DNA from: Bacteroidales bacterium | Lineage (GTDB): Bacteria > Bacteroidota > Bacteroidia > Bacteroidales > UBA3663 | DNA length: 64,000 nt | Direction of reading: 5' to 3' | Assembly: GCA_045628985.1 (NCBI GenBank) | Contig: JAZQQH010000042.1 | Coordinates: 14,796-78,795, forward strand | Part shown: one piece after another, positions 63,434 through 64,000 of the stretch | Layout of the letters: each line of letters starts with the position of its first letter | How positions within the stretch are numbered: the first letter of the stretch is position 1 | Translations under genes and position numbers: made by a program | The notes under the pieces: generated by a model | Database searches by the model: none | The model's input: only the letters and a program-made list of their open reading frames with translations | Told to the model about the DNA's origin: nothing

Positions 63434-64000
63434 TTACAACTCCCAATCCCTTACCTCATTCGTAAGTCCTCCAAGAATTGTCATTTCATCTTCATAAAGT
63501 TCCTCTCCATAGATGACTGCAAAGACATATACAGAGTGGGTATTCGCTTTGTAGCAGACCTTCATCAGGAACTCGTTTTCCATATCTGTCATTCCTGAAT
63601 AGATCCCCGTATCGCCATAACTGGTTACTGTTTCTATTTGCTCTTCTGGTCCGACGGTATATCCGGCATCAGGATATACAGCAGCGGCCCAACTGCCCAG
63701 TTCCCAGTAGCAGACCGTTATATTGTCCATTCCCCAGATGGCTCCCTCGATGATGTCAATATCTGGGCATTCAAGCTGCTGAAAGTGAGATGGTACGCGG
63801 AATCCATAGCCAGTTTTCACCCACGAAAAATTATCGACAGAATCGTCTGAAGACATGCGATCCTGCATAGCGGCAATCTCGTCTTCATCACCATATCCAT
63901 TCTTCACATTCTCGACATACAAACTCTGCGAGACACTCCACATAAAAAGTATAAGCACTACAAGAGCGACAAGTGAGACGATATCTTTGGTCGTAAGCTT
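63434..64000 (-). CDS. Membrane-anchored hypothetical protein (5' end outside the window)
   Basis: The frame stays open to the window edge (...KLTTKDIVSLVALVVLILFMW...), giving an N-terminal TM helix. The acidic, aromatic-rich ectodomain is not recognised. Confidence 0.6.
   Translation of the reverse strand, partial: KLTTKDIVSLVALVVLILFMWSVSQSLYVENVKNGYGDEDEIAAMQDRMSSDDSVDNFSWVKTGYGFRVPSHFQQLECPDIDIIEGAIWGMDNITVCYWELGSWAAAVYPDAGYTVGPEEQIETVTSYGDTGIYSGMTDMENEFLMKVCYKANTHSVYVFAVIYGEELYEDEMTILGGLTNEVRDWEL

Overview
This is a 64-kb chromosomal window from a Bacteroidota genome, most likely Prevotellaceae (Prevotella/Segatella-like). That placement is an inference from TAnnTTTG -7 promoter boxes upstream of most operons, the lack of Shine-Dalgarno sequences, SusC/SusD pairs and a xusABCD-type xylan locus.

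Most of the window is core genome:
- purC, followed by a beta-helix/PatB-like lyase/MATE operon.
- GH2 and EamA genes, an SDR and a DMT transporter.
- rplM-rpsI-rpsB-tsf, followed by tRNA-Pro(CGG).
- A CBM20 protein and a TonB-dependent receptor.
- A xylan utilisation locus: two tandem SusC/SusD pairs, a surface lipoprotein and a GH10 xylanase whose catalytic domain is split by four CBM-like modules. A GH115 and a membrane-anchored AraC regulator lie nearby.
- An LruC-like lipoprotein.
- The envelope cluster uppS-bamA-3x ompH.
- prmC-recX-comF.
- A secreted beta-helix/cupin/LamG trio next to an ECF sigma pair.

The last ~5.2 kb (58.7-64.0 kb) looks AT-richer by eye. It carries a tightly packed minus-strand operon with only one recognisable domain, an HNH/EndoVII LHH-type nuclease. 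The other genes are a 546-aa coiled-coil membrane protein, a 162-aa helical protein, two Zn-ribbon mini-proteins, a 42-aa helix peptide and a Cys-rich 315-aa protein. Two of these ORFs fall below the ORF-track threshold and were found by hand translation. This is my best candidate for an undescribed conflict system, either defence or toxin delivery.

The intergenic regions hold several repeat families:
- AT-rich heptamer arrays at eight or more loci.
- A five-unit hairpin array next to tRNA-Pro.
- 31-bp inverted repeats bracketing the start of an ompH gene.
- Composite hairpin repeats after the LruC-like gene.
- A shared ~65-nt hairpin element in two copies.

No integrase, transposase, CRISPR array or rRNA gene was seen. 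All family calls rest on motifs recognised by eye; no searches were run.
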